A stretch of DNA of 64,000 bases from Vulcanimicrobiaceae bacterium (GCA_035511075.1 DATKFW010000136.1:48539-112538); one strand, 5' to 3'; positions 36,120 to 46,027 are shown, numbered from the stretch's first letter. Translations and numbers: made by a program. The notes: generated by a model from the letters alone, not told the origin.

Positions 36120-37961
36120 TCAGTTAGTCGTGGGGACGGCCCCGCCAGGCGGTTGGGCCGCGGCACCTTGCTTTTGCATTTGGCTCAATTGCGAACCCAG
36201 GGCGGTCACCTGTCGCTGCAAGTTAATTACTTGGTTGTTGAGGACATCCGTCGGATTGGTGACATCGAAACCAACGGCCACATCGCCTTTGAAGTAAACT
36301 GTCAGCGGCTGTGTAATGTTGAACGCCGCCGGCGCGTATTGTTTGCTCGAGGCCACGGCGGAGTCCGTCCACGCGGGGTCGGCGCTTATGTCTTTCACGA
36401 TGATATTGGAATTTGCGTTGTTGTCCCCATCTCTTTTTAGCTGCAACGGAGCGGTGGCAATCTGGTAAGACATCAAGGCCGTCGACACGTCCGCCGAGTT
36501 CTTGCCCACAAGCCCGCGCAAATCCACGGTTGTCGCGGTCGGCACTGCCGCGTTTGTCAGCGCCGCGCCAATTTTCTGGGTGACGTACGAGGTGACGTAG
36601 TGGTTCATCATCGCCGCGTTGCTGAACCCGGTCGAAGTGAAGGCCTCTCTGTAGACATAGGTTGTGTCAAGAAACCTTTCCCTCATTTTCTCTTCCCCGC
36701 AGCAAAGGTCGCTCAAGCCGGGGCCGAGGCCGCTTAACGACAACCAATAGAATAACGCCGGGAAGGTGACCACTTGCCTGCGGCCTCCGCCAAAGTGGCA
36801 AATGTTGGTGATTTTCCCGTTTTTCACCGTTACGCACGCCAGGATCAACCGGCTGTCGCAAGGGTCCGGCGGACACGGCGGAAGCAAAGACGTGCAAAAG
36901 CAATCCAGGGCCGCGGCGATCAGGGTTTCCCCAATCTTGGCGCTGACCTGCTGCAGTTTGGCGATATAGGCGGGGTCGGGATCAGGTTGGGGGTCCTTTG
37001 GGGGAGTGGGAACCGTAATGTCCGCCAGTTTGGACTCCAACTTGCAATGGGTGACAAACGAATCGGACAGTGCGTTTTGGACTGTCGAAAGATAGTTGCA
37101 CACGGCTTGGTATGCCTGCTGATCTGTGGGCGAATAACCGACTGGAAGCGGGTTCTGCGCGTAAAGCGTTTTCAGCCCGTCAACGCACTGACAGATCTGG
37201 TATTCCAATGTGCCCGGCTGGGGTCCGTCCGTTTGGCTCGTTGCCGGCGCCTCGCAAACCACACCGACCTGGAACCCCTCGATGACGCGGGTCGGTTCGC
37301 ACGCCCCGGTCGTCGCCGTCGAGCTGGTCTGGCTCGCCGAAGACGAGCATCCGCAAGTCGAGGAAGATGACGATGACGAAGAGGAAGAAGCACGGGTGCC
37401 ACCGCTCATAGTAGTCTGCCCCTGGGTTCCGCAACTCCCATTGCTCGAGGTCTGCTGCAGCGGCGTCACCATCCGTGATTGTTGTTCCTGATATTGAATC
37501 GTGATGCACCACGTCTGGCTCACGTCCTGACATGTCGGAGGCGGGGGCGTGTACCGCAGGGGCGAGCAATTACTCGTGGTCTGGGCCGGCTTGCAACAGG
37601 CCTGGATGGCTTTGAGGACGTTGAAGGGATAGTCCTGGCAGACAATGATGTCATTGCCGCACGGATCGATGGCGTAACCGGTCTTGACGGTGACCCAGCC
37701 ATCGCACTCGCTGCACACCACCTGCATCCCGCACACCACGCCCCAGCCGTGCAGAAAGCGATTGTGCAGGCGGTTCTTGGCGAGCAAGTACGATTGTTCG
37801 TGGTTCAGGTCTCCGTCGGTGAGCAACTGCCCGGCGAAGTAACGTGTGCGGTCGAGACACTTCAGTCCGGTGCAAGCCGGGCAGGTGCAAGCCGCCGCAG
37901 TAGTCGGCGCCGTTGTGGTCGTGACGGGTAGTTTAGGATTAGGTGCAGAGATATACGCCAT
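36120..37961 (-). CDS. CIS fibre-like protein 2 (613 aa), cysteine-rich with poly-Ser tract
   Basis: I moved the start to MAYISAPNPK (ATG at 37961). The tracked 67-codon extension overlaps the upstream gene. Shared N-terminal module: CTCPACTGLKC...RYFAGQLLTDGDLNHEQSYLLAKNRLHNRFLHGWGVVCGM...GYAIDPCGNDIIV. I count 31 Cys, all in the first ~440 residues, and there is a run of 10 consecutive Ser. Confidence 0.7.
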   Translation of the reverse strand: MAYISAPNPKLPVTTTTAPTTAAACTCPACTGLKCLDRTRYFAGQLLTDGDLNHEQSYLLAKNRLHNRFLHGWGVVCGMQVVCSECDGWVTVKTGYAIDPCGNDIIVCQDYPFNVLKAIQACCKPAQTTSNCSPLRYTPPPPTCQDVSQTWCITIQYQEQQSRMVTPLQQTSSNGSCGTQGQTTMSGGTRASSSSSSSSSSTCGCSSSASQTSSTATTGACEPTRVIEGFQVGVVCEAPATSQTDGPQPGTLEYQICQCVDGLKTLYAQNPLPVGYSPTDQQAYQAVCNYLSTVQNALSDSFVTHCKLESKLADITVPTPPKDPQPDPDPAYIAKLQQVSAKIGETLIAAALDCFCTSLLPPCPPDPCDSRLILACVTVKNGKITNICHFGGGRRQVVTFPALFYWLSLSGLGPGLSDLCCGEEKMRERFLDTTYVYREAFTSTGFSNAAMMNHYVTSYVTQKIGAALTNAAVPTATTVDLRGLVGKNSADVSTALMSYQIATAPLQLKRDGDNNANSNIIVKDISADPAWTDSAVASSKQYAPAAFNITQPLTVYFKGDVAVGFDVTNPTDVLNNQVINLQRQVTALGSQLSQMQKQGAAAQPPGGAVPTTN

Positions 37962-38010
37962 GTGATTTCTCCAGTTTGTTTTTTCTGCCGGATCGGTCTG
38001 AATTTCTCGC

Positions 38011-40557
38011 CTATGTGCCCGGTGCGGGCAGTGTGAACCAACTGAAAAACAACCCGCCTTCGAGACCGAGGCCACTGCCCGCTGGGATCTCTCCGGTGGG
38101 GAACTGTGCTCGGACGAATTCAGAGCAAACCGCCAGGCCTGTCGCGTCCAGGACAAAGTCACCTCTCAACCGCACTCGAATTTCCGCACCATTCAGCGCA
38201 GGGGGGATTTTGCTGGCGGGAAATAAGAACGCGAGGCCGTTTGCAGGCAACGTTGTGACTTTAGATACGTTTGCGGCCGGAATTGGATTAGGAATCGGGT
38301 TTCCGGCAATCGTCACCGGAAAAACTGCACCACGAATCAGATATTCGTTCGCAGCCGCCACGCCAATCAAGCTCTTAGTCGTTGGTACCAAGGCCGACAC
38401 TTGGAAGGAATTGAAATCCACTGGTGTTTGGGTTGAAATTGGACCGGAGAAAGCTACGACCAAACCCAAAAAATCAGTGTCTTTGATTTGAATTAGCTGC
38501 TGAGAATTCGAGGCGTGAACCCAACTGAGGGCAGTAATCCGGGTCAGGTTTGGTTCCAATCCCGGTCCTGCCGGCCCCGTTTGGCCCGTTTGCCCCGTTT
38601 GGCCCGTTTGCCCCGTTTGCCCGGTGGTCCCCGTTGGCCCCGTGGCGCCCTGCGCGCCAGTACTTCCTGCCACTCCCTGTGGACCGGCTGGCCCCGCCGG
38701 TCCCGTCAGGCCTTGCGGTCCGGCCGGGCCGGTGCCAGGTCCTTGTTCCAGCAGACACCGAACGACTTCCGTCAGCAAGTCCGTGCTGACCAAAAGACGG
38801 CGATCCTTCAGATTGTCAATCTGATCGGTCCCAGGGGGATGGGAAGTCGGATTCGTGATTGAATCGCCATAGATGTAACCATCGACGGTGGCCAGGACGA
38901 TGCAGTTGCCATCCGCGCAATCCGGACAGGGCTCAAGCGCTTCCTCAAACAGGCACCCACAATCTGTTTGAGACACATTAATAATTGCCACTCCGCCAGC
39001 CGTGCTGTCAGCCGGGTTGATCCAGGGAACGTAGAGATTCGTGCCGTCCTGAGAGAGCGTCTCGTCCACCGGTCCGATTCCAACAGCAACCGGCGCTCCG
39101 AGGTAGTTCGGTTGGCTTGCTTCGATGGCGTGCCTGTTCACGGCCTGCACGTAGGCGGTGTTCGCCGCGTCTTGTTCCAAAACGTACGCCCAGTGCCCGC
39201 CCGGTGACATCAACACTTCGATCGGCGCATATTGGAAGCCGGTCGCTGTTTGGGTCTCAACATTCGCCGAACCGGGTCCGGTCGCCGGTATCTTGACGAA
39301 ATACAGCGTTGAAGCCGCCGGGGTCGTGTCGAGCGCTGCCAGGACATCGCCCGCAGTGGTGGTCGCAATCGCCAGAGAGGACGGTTTCGTATTCGCGGGC
39401 AGCGCGATTGAAATCGCGGTTGTTGGGAGTGGCGCAAGCTGAATCGCGCTGACAATATTGCTCCCACTGGCCGCATAGGCATACAGCCCGCCCGGACTGA
39501 CGGCGACGGAAATGGGTGCGGCTGGCAACGTGACTGCCGTGGAAGTCGCGGCGGGGGCGGCCGCGTTTACTCCGCTCCAAACTGCCATACCCGCCGTCGG
39601 GCCAAACGAAATGAGCATCCCTTCCTGTCCCGGAACGGCGACCAGACGAAGTTTCGAATCGCTAACTGTGCCCACGTTGATTTGCTGCACCGTCGCGGTC
39701 AGGTTTGTCGCCGCGAACACGCTGATCTGTGGCAGTGCCGCTGCCCCCGCGGGCTGCGTCGCCACGTAGATGAAATCTCCCTCCGGCGCGATGGCCAGGT
39801 CCAGGCCCGTGGCGTTCGAGAATACGAATGGCGGGGGTATCTGCGTGTATTTGTCGTCGAAAACGTACAACGTCGCCGTCGAGGCGCCGCCCGACGTGAC
39901 CGAAGTCAACACGTAGAGGCTATTGCTGTCCGGATTTTCCGCCACCGCTGCGACGCCCGTCAGATTGAGCGTATTGGCCCACTTCAACTTCACGTCTCGC
40001 GCGTCGGCCGCGACGGGCTTCGGATCAATGTTCACGTCGAACTCATGGCCCTCCAGGATGCGATTGGGCTGGCACGATGCGCCGTTGCAACTGCAATCGT
40101 CGAAGAGGACCGGCATGTCTTCGGTGGGGCACTCCTTGTAGCGGAGGCAGATTTGAATCGTGTGTTTGGTCGTCGTATCCGGCTGCGAATTTTGCCCGTT
40201 TTGCTGCTGCCAATTGGCCAGAAACCGCGCTTTGAAATCGAAATATTCCTCGCATGTCACAAGTATCTCGCGGCCGCAACAATCAATGGCCGTTCCGGGC
40301 TTAATCACGACATACTGTTTCTGGCAGGCTGGATTGGGGTGCTGCTCGACCTTCAACCCGCACACCGCGCCCCATCCGTGCAGGCGCTGGTTATGCCGCC
40401 GGAGTTTGCCCATGGTGTATCGCTGTTCATCGGTGAAATCGCGCTCGACCAGCAGCTTGCCTGTGAAATAATTGTTGCGCGCCAATTGCGTGATGTCGCA
40501 CTCCACGCAGCCACTCCTGGCGCCAGACGGGATGTTTTTGCAATTGCAGTTACCCAT
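38011..40557 (-). CDS. CIS fibre-like protein 1 (848 aa): Cys-rich N-module, beta-propeller-like repeats, collagen-like Gly-X-Y tract
   Basis: Shared N-terminal module: [17 protein letters not shown]...[41 protein letters not shown]...[13 protein letters not shown]. The central part has repeats of the LYV/YVA type ([37 protein letters not shown]). Then 19 uninterrupted G-X-Y triplets ([57 protein letters not shown]). Confidence 0.75.
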   Translation of the reverse strand: MGNCNCKNIPSGARSGCVECDITQLARNNYFTGKLLVERDFTDEQRYTMGKLRRHNQRLHGWGAVCGLKVEQHPNPACQKQYVVIKPGTAIDCCGREILVTCEEYFDFKARFLANWQQQNGQNSQPDTTTKHTIQICLRYKECPTEDMPVLFDDCSCNGASCQPNRILEGHEFDVNIDPKPVAADARDVKLKWANTLNLTGVAAVAENPDSNSLYVLTSVTSGGASTATLYVFDDKYTQIPPPFVFSNATGLDLAIAPEGDFIYVATQPAGAAALPQISVFAATNLTATVQQINVGTVSDSKLRLVAVPGQEGMLISFGPTAGMAVWSGVNAAAPAATSTAVTLPAAPISVAVSPGGLYAYAASGSNIVSAIQLAPLPTTAISIALPANTKPSSLAIATTTAGDVLAALDTTPAASTLYFVKIPATGPGSANVETQTATGFQYAPIEVLMSPGGHWAYVLEQDAANTAYVQAVNRHAIEASQPNYLGAPVAVGIGPVDETLSQDGTNLYVPWINPADSTAGGVAIINVSQTDCGCLFEEALEPCPDCADGNCIVLATVDGYIYGDSITNPTSHPPGTDQIDNLKDRRLLVSTDLLTEVVRCLLEQGPGTGPAGPQGLTGPAGPAGPQGVAGSTGAQGATGPTGTTGQTGQTGQTGQTGQTGPAGPGLEPNLTRITALSWVHASNSQQLIQIKDTDFLGLVVAFSGPISTQTPVDFNSFQVSALVPTTKSLIGVAAANEYLIRGAVFPVTIAGNPIPNPIPAANVSKVTTLPANGLAFLFPASKIPPALNGAEIRVRLRGDFVLDATGLAVCSEFVRAQFPTGEIPAGSGLGLEGGLFFSWFTLPAPGT
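38576..38620. repeat. Five tandem 9-bp units (CCCGTTTGS) encoding (GQT)5 inside the collagen-like tract
   Basis: Read directly from the sequence: cccgtttgg cccgtttgc cccgtttgg cccgtttgc cccgtttgc. It is coding (minus strand), not a CRISPR array. Confidence 0.9.
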
Positions 40558-40574
40558 GATTCAAGGTCTTTCTT

Positions 40575-42815
40575 TCAGTTCAAAACAGTGTTGCTGCCCA
40601 GTCGCGAGTCGCCGCCAATCTGCAACGGACGCGCCGTCTGCTTCTCTCCCGGTGTGCCAAGCACGGTATCGTAACCGAGCTGGCCCTGGCCCGCGATCAC
40701 ACCCTGCGGATACCTGGCAATGACCGTGTCCACGCCGATAAACCCCTGAATTCCCACGCGCATCCGCGGCTCGGCCCATTCCAAAGTCCCAAGCGTGTGC
40801 GCGGGCTTGGCCATATCGATGATTTGCAGCAGAGCCTGCCGATCGCTTTCGCCGGCCCCCGGCCATCGAGGCACCACCACCAGGAATTGGTGGGCGTAGG
40901 CGTTGAAAAGATCCAGGCTGGGGTTGCCGTAATCGATCAACTGAAACGATCCGACCCGCGAATTGACGCCCACCTGCAAGCGCTTCGTGACCGCGTCGCC
41001 GAACACGGCCGAGCAATCCCCCAGTTTCGAGCCGTTCACAAACAGCCAGCGTCGCAGGCGGAATTGTTCGAGAATCCGCGGGCGCACCCCGGCGTAGAGT
41101 TCAATCTGCAGCCGCATTCCTTTGGGCGTTCCCCGCAACGCGAACAGCCGATGCGCCTGCCTCACCAGCTCCCGGCGTTTTTCCACCGGCCAGTTGTTCT
41201 GCAAACTCATTCCCAGCCAGGAGGCCAGCCAGGAAAGAAAATCCGTCCCTCCGGTGTTTTTTCGGTTGGCGGGCGTCGCCATGGGATCAAAATAGCGCGC
41301 AATGTCGGTGACCTGATCGGAAGTCTTCCCCCAAATCGTGTCAAATATAGACAGGAACCGGTCCAGAAAATCACTGCTGACCGGGTCTTCACGGTAAACG
41401 GCGGGCAAGTATTGCAGCGAGGAAGCGCGCGGATAATATACCTTCACTTTTCGGATTTCAGGCGTCGCCGCGCCGTCGCCGGTCAGGGTCAGCCGCAACC
41501 ACAAGTAACGCCCTGGCTGACTTCGAATCAGGCAATCCCATTTGCCGGTGGTGGTGTCCGTATCGGTTTGGTTTGTGGCCCAGCGGCTTTCCCCCAGACT
41601 GAGGATCTCTTCGATGGTTTTCGCCGACTCCGCGGTGAACGTATCCACGGTCACTCCCGTTCCAAGCGGAACTGAGCCTTCCAGCCAGACTCGATGCCAG
41701 ACGCACCGATAAGTCTTGCTGTCGAGCGCATCGGAATAGTAAGTGCCCTCGGTTTGGTAAGCAGCCGGCGTCGTGAGCTGGCAAACGCGCTGGGCGCCGT
41801 CCGCGTACAACGGATTGCCGCACCGGTCATACATCAGCGAGGCGGCAAATGCTTTCGTCGATCCGCAGCACTTGAAGGAGCACCAGTTTCCATCGCCGTC
41901 CGGTTGGTAAAAGTAAATCCGCCGCGTGACGCAATCGCTCAAGCAGAGGTTGCCATTGACATCCACGGCCACGGCCGTCGGGCAAAAGCGGCCCTTGATC
42001 TCATCGGGTTGCCCTACTTTGCCGGCGAACTCGCCGTTGGGATTCAAAACGACCACGCAATTTTGGTTTTCCTGAACCACGTAAATCCTTCCAGCCTGGT
42101 CCAGCGCCACGCGCGTCGGCTTGACCAATGCCGGTGAGGTCGCCCCAGCGCCCGTGTAGGCCGCGCGCCAGCAGCCCTGCGCGTCAAAGACGTGAATCAA
42201 CCCATTCGAATAGTCGGAGACGTAGGCCCAGTTTCGCGGGGAAATGGCAACATCCCACGGCTGCCAGGTCCCCGGCGGCAGAGCGCGCTGCGCTTTGCAG
42301 TTGGGTCCGGATTGCGGCATCACCACGGTCGGGACGGCCTGATCCACGCTGATTCCAGCGGCTGACGAGGTCACCTTTAAGGGCCCCCAAATGCCGCGCA
42401 ACGCGAGGCCCTTTGCGGAAAAAATTTGCACGCGGCTGTTGCCCGTATCCGCGACATAGATATTGTCCAATCCGGAAACCGCCAGGCCGCGTGGGTTACA
42501 GAACTGGCGCGGATCGCTGCCGGACCCGCCCGTGCATGGCAGCACAACGAACTGTTGCAGGCAAGGGTCAAAGCGCTTAAGGAGGCAGGCTTTGCAGTCA
42601 AGTATATACACCCGGTCCCGGCTGTCAATGGCCACGCCGATCGCCGCCAGCAGGCCGCCGAGGCTCCCGGCGGCATCCGTCAACGGCCGCTCGGACCCCG
42701 GCACTGCCTGGAGGCTCAAGACCTTGCCGCCCTGCGTGAGTGTCGCGTTGACCAGCGACGCTTCGCGCCAGCCAGCCAGCCCGTTGAGCAGGTAATGAGG
42801 TGTTTGGGGAGGCAT
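40575..42815 (-). CDS. Baseplate wedge protein: N-terminal NHL-repeat beta-propeller fused to a P2 gpI-type tail protein domain (Cis12-like)
   Basis: 746 aa. NHL-type repeats: PRGLAVSGLDNIYVADTGNSRVQIFSAKG, PWDVAISPRNWAYVSDYSNGLIHVFDAQG, PTRVALDQAGRIYVVQENQNCVVVLNPNG and PTAVAVDVNGNLCLSDCVTRRIYFYQPDG. C-terminal Tail_P2_I pattern: LQYLPAVYREDPVSSDFLDRFLSIFD...FLSWLASWLGMSL...ALRGTPKGMRLQIELYAG. Confidence 0.85.
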   Translation of the reverse strand: MPPQTPHYLLNGLAGWREASLVNATLTQGGKVLSLQAVPGSERPLTDAAGSLGGLLAAIGVAIDSRDRVYILDCKACLLKRFDPCLQQFVVLPCTGGSGSDPRQFCNPRGLAVSGLDNIYVADTGNSRVQIFSAKGLALRGIWGPLKVTSSAAGISVDQAVPTVVMPQSGPNCKAQRALPPGTWQPWDVAISPRNWAYVSDYSNGLIHVFDAQGCWRAAYTGAGATSPALVKPTRVALDQAGRIYVVQENQNCVVVLNPNGEFAGKVGQPDEIKGRFCPTAVAVDVNGNLCLSDCVTRRIYFYQPDGDGNWCSFKCCGSTKAFAASLMYDRCGNPLYADGAQRVCQLTTPAAYQTEGTYYSDALDSKTYRCVWHRVWLEGSVPLGTGVTVDTFTAESAKTIEEILSLGESRWATNQTDTDTTTGKWDCLIRSQPGRYLWLRLTLTGDGAATPEIRKVKVYYPRASSLQYLPAVYREDPVSSDFLDRFLSIFDTIWGKTSDQVTDIARYFDPMATPANRKNTGGTDFLSWLASWLGMSLQNNWPVEKRRELVRQAHRLFALRGTPKGMRLQIELYAGVRPRILEQFRLRRWLFVNGSKLGDCSAVFGDAVTKRLQVGVNSRVGSFQLIDYGNPSLDLFNAYAHQFLVVVPRWPGAGESDRQALLQIIDMAKPAHTLGTLEWAEPRMRVGIQGFIGVDTVIARYPQGVIAGQGQLGYDTVLGTPGEKQTARPLQIGGDSRLGSNTVLN

Positions 42816-42827
42816 TTTGCCGATCTC

Positions 42828-44840
42828 CTAGGATGAAGTGTCGTACGACACCGAAACATCGTGGCCCAAAGGATCGTTGGTGAGCAGTTCTCCGGGATTA
42901 ATTGGCACGTCCCGGCAAAATGTCTGCATTTGGTCGTCCAGAAATATCAACAACTGGTTGTCCTGGATTATATCGACGCCCGGAGTATCCAGGATAACTC
43001 GATAGACATCCGAATAATAAATTTCCCCGCCAAATGGCCAGCCGGTCCCGTCGTCACCGCCCTGCAGCGGACTGAAGAAGGTGGTAAGCGCGTCCTGGAC
43101 CGCAGTTTGCACCGTCGCAAGATCGAACCCCGCGTCAACAATGATCTGCACCTGGACCTTGATCTTCCGGTAAACCGGTCCCACCACGTACACTTCGCAA
43201 GTCAGCAGACGGTGGGAGTCCAGGTACGTGCATACCGCCTGCAACGTGGTCTGGTTTGGCGTCGGGTTGGCCGCGGGCGAATTGGGAACAACAACAACGG
43301 TCACCACGCCTGGAATTTGACCGTTCGGATAATCCGGGTGAAAGAGCGGCAGCGCCAGTGCGCGCGCAACGTTGCCGCCCGGCGCTTGCGTGGCCAGGTA
43401 CACAAAATCGTCATCGGTCACCGCGCGCCCCTTGCTTTGCAACGCCTGTGGCGCGCGCAGTTGCGCGTCCGCCACAGTCTCCTCGTCGGTGCCGCCGCTG
43501 GCGGCTTGATTGTTGGTCGCCGCGTTGATCGATTGGACGGTCGTGAGGATTTGCGTGATGGTATTGGCGCCGACGTTGCCCTGACTCCCGCCGCCGGCTC
43601 GGTACATTTGCGCCATGATGTTCCCCGTCGGATTGTTCAGGTTTGCCGCCGGGATGCGTCCGTTATCTCCTGAACCCATCGTCACCACACCGGTGTCCCG
43701 GTCAAACGTAAAGACGGCGTCGTCGGGCCCTGAACTGTAGAAATCGTCCACTTCCTGCCAAACGATGAATCCCTGCCCTTCATCAACGGCGAGCTGTATG
43801 TCCGTCACTGTCACTGTGTTCGTCGCTGCCGTTTGCGTGCCACCGGATGCGCTTACCTGCAGAGGCGTGCTCAAGGCGACCACCGGCGTGTTGGCCACCT
43901 GGAAAGTTTGGTTTGGCGTGCCGTCGCTCCCGCCCAGCACTTCGTCGGTGAACGTGATTGCCTGAGTCGCGTTGGTGGTGTTGGTCAGAATGGAGGCCAC
44001 TTGCGGCGGCGTCTCGTAACTGGCGGCCGTCACTCGCGCGCGAAACCAGTAATAGTTGCCGGTCACACTGCCGATCTGCGCCATGACCACGTTGCTGCCT
44101 GGACCGAAAAAGAGGATGCTGCCGTCCTGGGAAAACGCCCGGGTTCCGTCGCTGGAAAATTCGAGCGATACCCACTGGGTGCCGTTCCAATACTCCCAGG
44201 CCAGCGTGGCGGGCGGGGGAATCGCCGCCCCGCATTGCATGATCGGTTGCGTCAAGCCATCATTGAAGAGGCTCACCGCCAGGTTGATTTGAACGTCGGG
44301 AAAAGCCACGGGCGAGGTGAAGCCCAATAGCAGCGCGCTCCCGACCTGCGAGTCCTCGCCAAAGGGATAAAACCACTGGCCGGCATTGGCGTTGGACGCG
44401 GTTTGCACCGTGTAGCCGGTTCCGTCGAATGTCTGGACAGCTCCCAGCACGGCGCCGATGACGATCAACGACTCGTCGGTCTCGAAAATAATGGGCGTCC
44501 CGGTTGCTCCCGTCGCGGCGATCTGCGTTCCCTGCGGCACGGTGACGCTCGTCAAATCGGGACGGGATACGGTGAAGGTAATTGCCGCAGTGGCCGGCTG
44601 GGCCGCCTCCAGTTCGATGCCCAGCAATTGAAGAAACTTGATGTAGTTCAGATCCGGCACCTGGTTGAGCCGGTAGACCATGATCTCCGTCATCCACGCG
44701 AATAATTCGACCAGCGTTATGCCAGGATCGCTTTCATTGAAATTGGTCCACTCCGGCACGTAGCGCGTGATGAGTGTCTTGGCTTGGGCCACTATGTCGG
44801 CGAATTGCCGATCGTCCAGATTGGGTGCGGTTAGGGGCAT
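42828..44840 (-). CDS. Baseplate J-like protein (gp6/gpJ; Cis11-like)
   Basis: 670 aa with the hallmark N-terminus LDDRQFADIVAQAKTLITRYVPEWTNFNESDPGITLVELFAWMTEIMVYRLNQVPDLNYIKFLQLLGIEL. Confidence 0.9.
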   Translation of the reverse strand: MPLTAPNLDDRQFADIVAQAKTLITRYVPEWTNFNESDPGITLVELFAWMTEIMVYRLNQVPDLNYIKFLQLLGIELEAAQPATAAITFTVSRPDLTSVTVPQGTQIAATGATGTPIIFETDESLIVIGAVLGAVQTFDGTGYTVQTASNANAGQWFYPFGEDSQVGSALLLGFTSPVAFPDVQINLAVSLFNDGLTQPIMQCGAAIPPPATLAWEYWNGTQWVSLEFSSDGTRAFSQDGSILFFGPGSNVVMAQIGSVTGNYYWFRARVTAASYETPPQVASILTNTTNATQAITFTDEVLGGSDGTPNQTFQVANTPVVALSTPLQVSASGGTQTAATNTVTVTDIQLAVDEGQGFIVWQEVDDFYSSGPDDAVFTFDRDTGVVTMGSGDNGRIPAANLNNPTGNIMAQMYRAGGGSQGNVGANTITQILTTVQSINAATNNQAASGGTDEETVADAQLRAPQALQSKGRAVTDDDFVYLATQAPGGNVARALALPLFHPDYPNGQIPGVVTVVVVPNSPAANPTPNQTTLQAVCTYLDSHRLLTCEVYVVGPVYRKIKVQVQIIVDAGFDLATVQTAVQDALTTFFSPLQGGDDGTGWPFGGEIYYSDVYRVILDTPGVDIIQDNQLLIFLDDQMQTFCRDVPINPGELLTNDPLGHDVSVSYDTSS

Positions 44841-44842
44841 TG

Positions 44843-45271
44843 TTAATCTCCCGATCCTTCGGTTATGTAGAACGGATACACCAGGTTGCCGAAGGCGTTG
44901 TTTGAGCGGATGCGGTAATCGACGCGGATCAGCATCGTATTCGCCTCGTCTGGCGCCGAAGTCACGTTGACATCCAGCACATCAATCCGCGGCTCCCATT
45001 GTGTCAGCGCATCCTTGACCAGATGCTGGATGTTTCCCTGTGTCGCGGGGCTGTTGGGCGCGAACACCAGGTCATGAATCCCGCACCCAAAGGTGGGGAG
45101 CATTTGCCGCTCCCCGCGCGCGGTTCCCAGAATAATCCAGATTGCTTCCTGAACACTCTGTTCTCCAACCGAGTAGCAAAATCCACCGGCCGGAGTGGTC
45201 CGCACCGGGAATTTCCAGCCGGTCCCCAAAAAGGGGCGCGACAGATTGGCGTTGGCAGTGTTACCGGCCAT
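44843..45271 (-). CDS. GPW/gp25-family baseplate wedge protein (Cis9-like)
   Basis: 142 aa. FLGTGWKFPV...SVQEAIWIILGTARGERQMLPTFGCGIHDLVFAPN...ALTQWEPRI is the gp25 pattern. Confidence 0.9.
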   Translation of the reverse strand: MAGNTANANLSRPFLGTGWKFPVRTTPAGGFCYSVGEQSVQEAIWIILGTARGERQMLPTFGCGIHDLVFAPNSPATQGNIQHLVKDALTQWEPRIDVLDVNVTSAPDEANTMLIRVDYRIRSNNAFGNLVYPFYITEGSGD

Positions 45272-45274
45272 AGT

Positions 45275-46027
45275 TCAACCTGCGAGACTAGCCAGAATCC
45301 CTTGTAACTCGGTAAGTGTGTTTTGCACTTCTTGCAGAGTTTCCAGCGGGCTTGTTCCGGCGGAGACGCTGGCCGAGGCAGAACCGCCCCCGGAAAGCAC
45401 GGAGCCGATGGTGGCGATGGCTTGGGGGATGGCGGTTATGGCCTGGCCAACCGGACCGGGGACCGTGGGGGCCATATTCAAAATGGGCTGAATGATGCCC
45501 AGAATGGGCGCGATCAGGCCGAGCGACAACTGAAGTTGGGCGCTGGTGGTCGCAAGGTTGTTCTGGGCGCAGGTCAATGACGCCTGAAGCGCCGGGTTGC
45601 CGGCGGCCGCGTCAAGATTGATGCTGAGTTGGGCATTGAGCAAACCTTCAACTTCTTCGATGATGCCCAGCAGAAATGTAATGATTGTGAGTAGGATGTC
45701 CACGATCATTACCACGATTTCAGTCGGGAAGGAGAAGCACTCCGAAAGGGCTAGCGCAGCTTCTGCAATCTTTGGGACGGTTGATAGGAAATTAGTGGGG
45801 CCAAGATTCTGGAATACCATGATGAAATTGAGCATCTTAAAGATGCAGCTCATCCCTGCCAGCGCGGGGGAGAGTTGCACGAAAAGGCTCTGGACGATGG
45901 CCAAATTGGTGGGCGGACCCTTTGAGTAATCAGGCATCGCATTCAAGGTGATGCCGAACGGGAGCGAAATGCTGAGCTGCGGCGGGTTGGGCAGTTGGAC
46001 GCAAGCAATGGTTTGGGTGTCAGACAT
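45275..46027 (-). CDS. Hypothetical hydrophobic protein (250 aa) in the slot between spike and gp25
   Basis: The ORF is tightly coupled to gp25, 3 nt away. It has a hydrophobic run (EIVVMIVDILLTIITFLLGIIEEV), a Gln/Leu/Ala-rich helical part and a Gly/Ser/Ala tail. No PAAR motif and no family recognised. Confidence 0.6.
   Translation of the reverse strand: MSDTQTIACVQLPNPPQLSISLPFGITLNAMPDYSKGPPTNLAIVQSLFVQLSPALAGMSCIFKMLNFIMVFQNLGPTNFLSTVPKIAEAALALSECFSFPTEIVVMIVDILLTIITFLLGIIEEVEGLLNAQLSINLDAAAGNPALQASLTCAQNNLATTSAQLQLSLGLIAPILGIIQPILNMAPTVPGPVGQAITAIPQAIATIGSVLSGGGSASASVSAGTSPLETLQEVQNTLTELQGILASLAG

Noticed and set aside
37962-38162. 67-codon N-terminal extension of fibre-like protein 2
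   Set aside because: It overlaps the 3' end of the upstream fibre gene. The conserved N-terminal module begins shortly after the Met at 37961.
38558-38740. Short tandem repeats, considered as a possible CRISPR array or non-coding satellite
   Set aside because: The units are 9 bp with no spacers and lie in frame inside a long ORF, encoding Gly-X-Y triplets.
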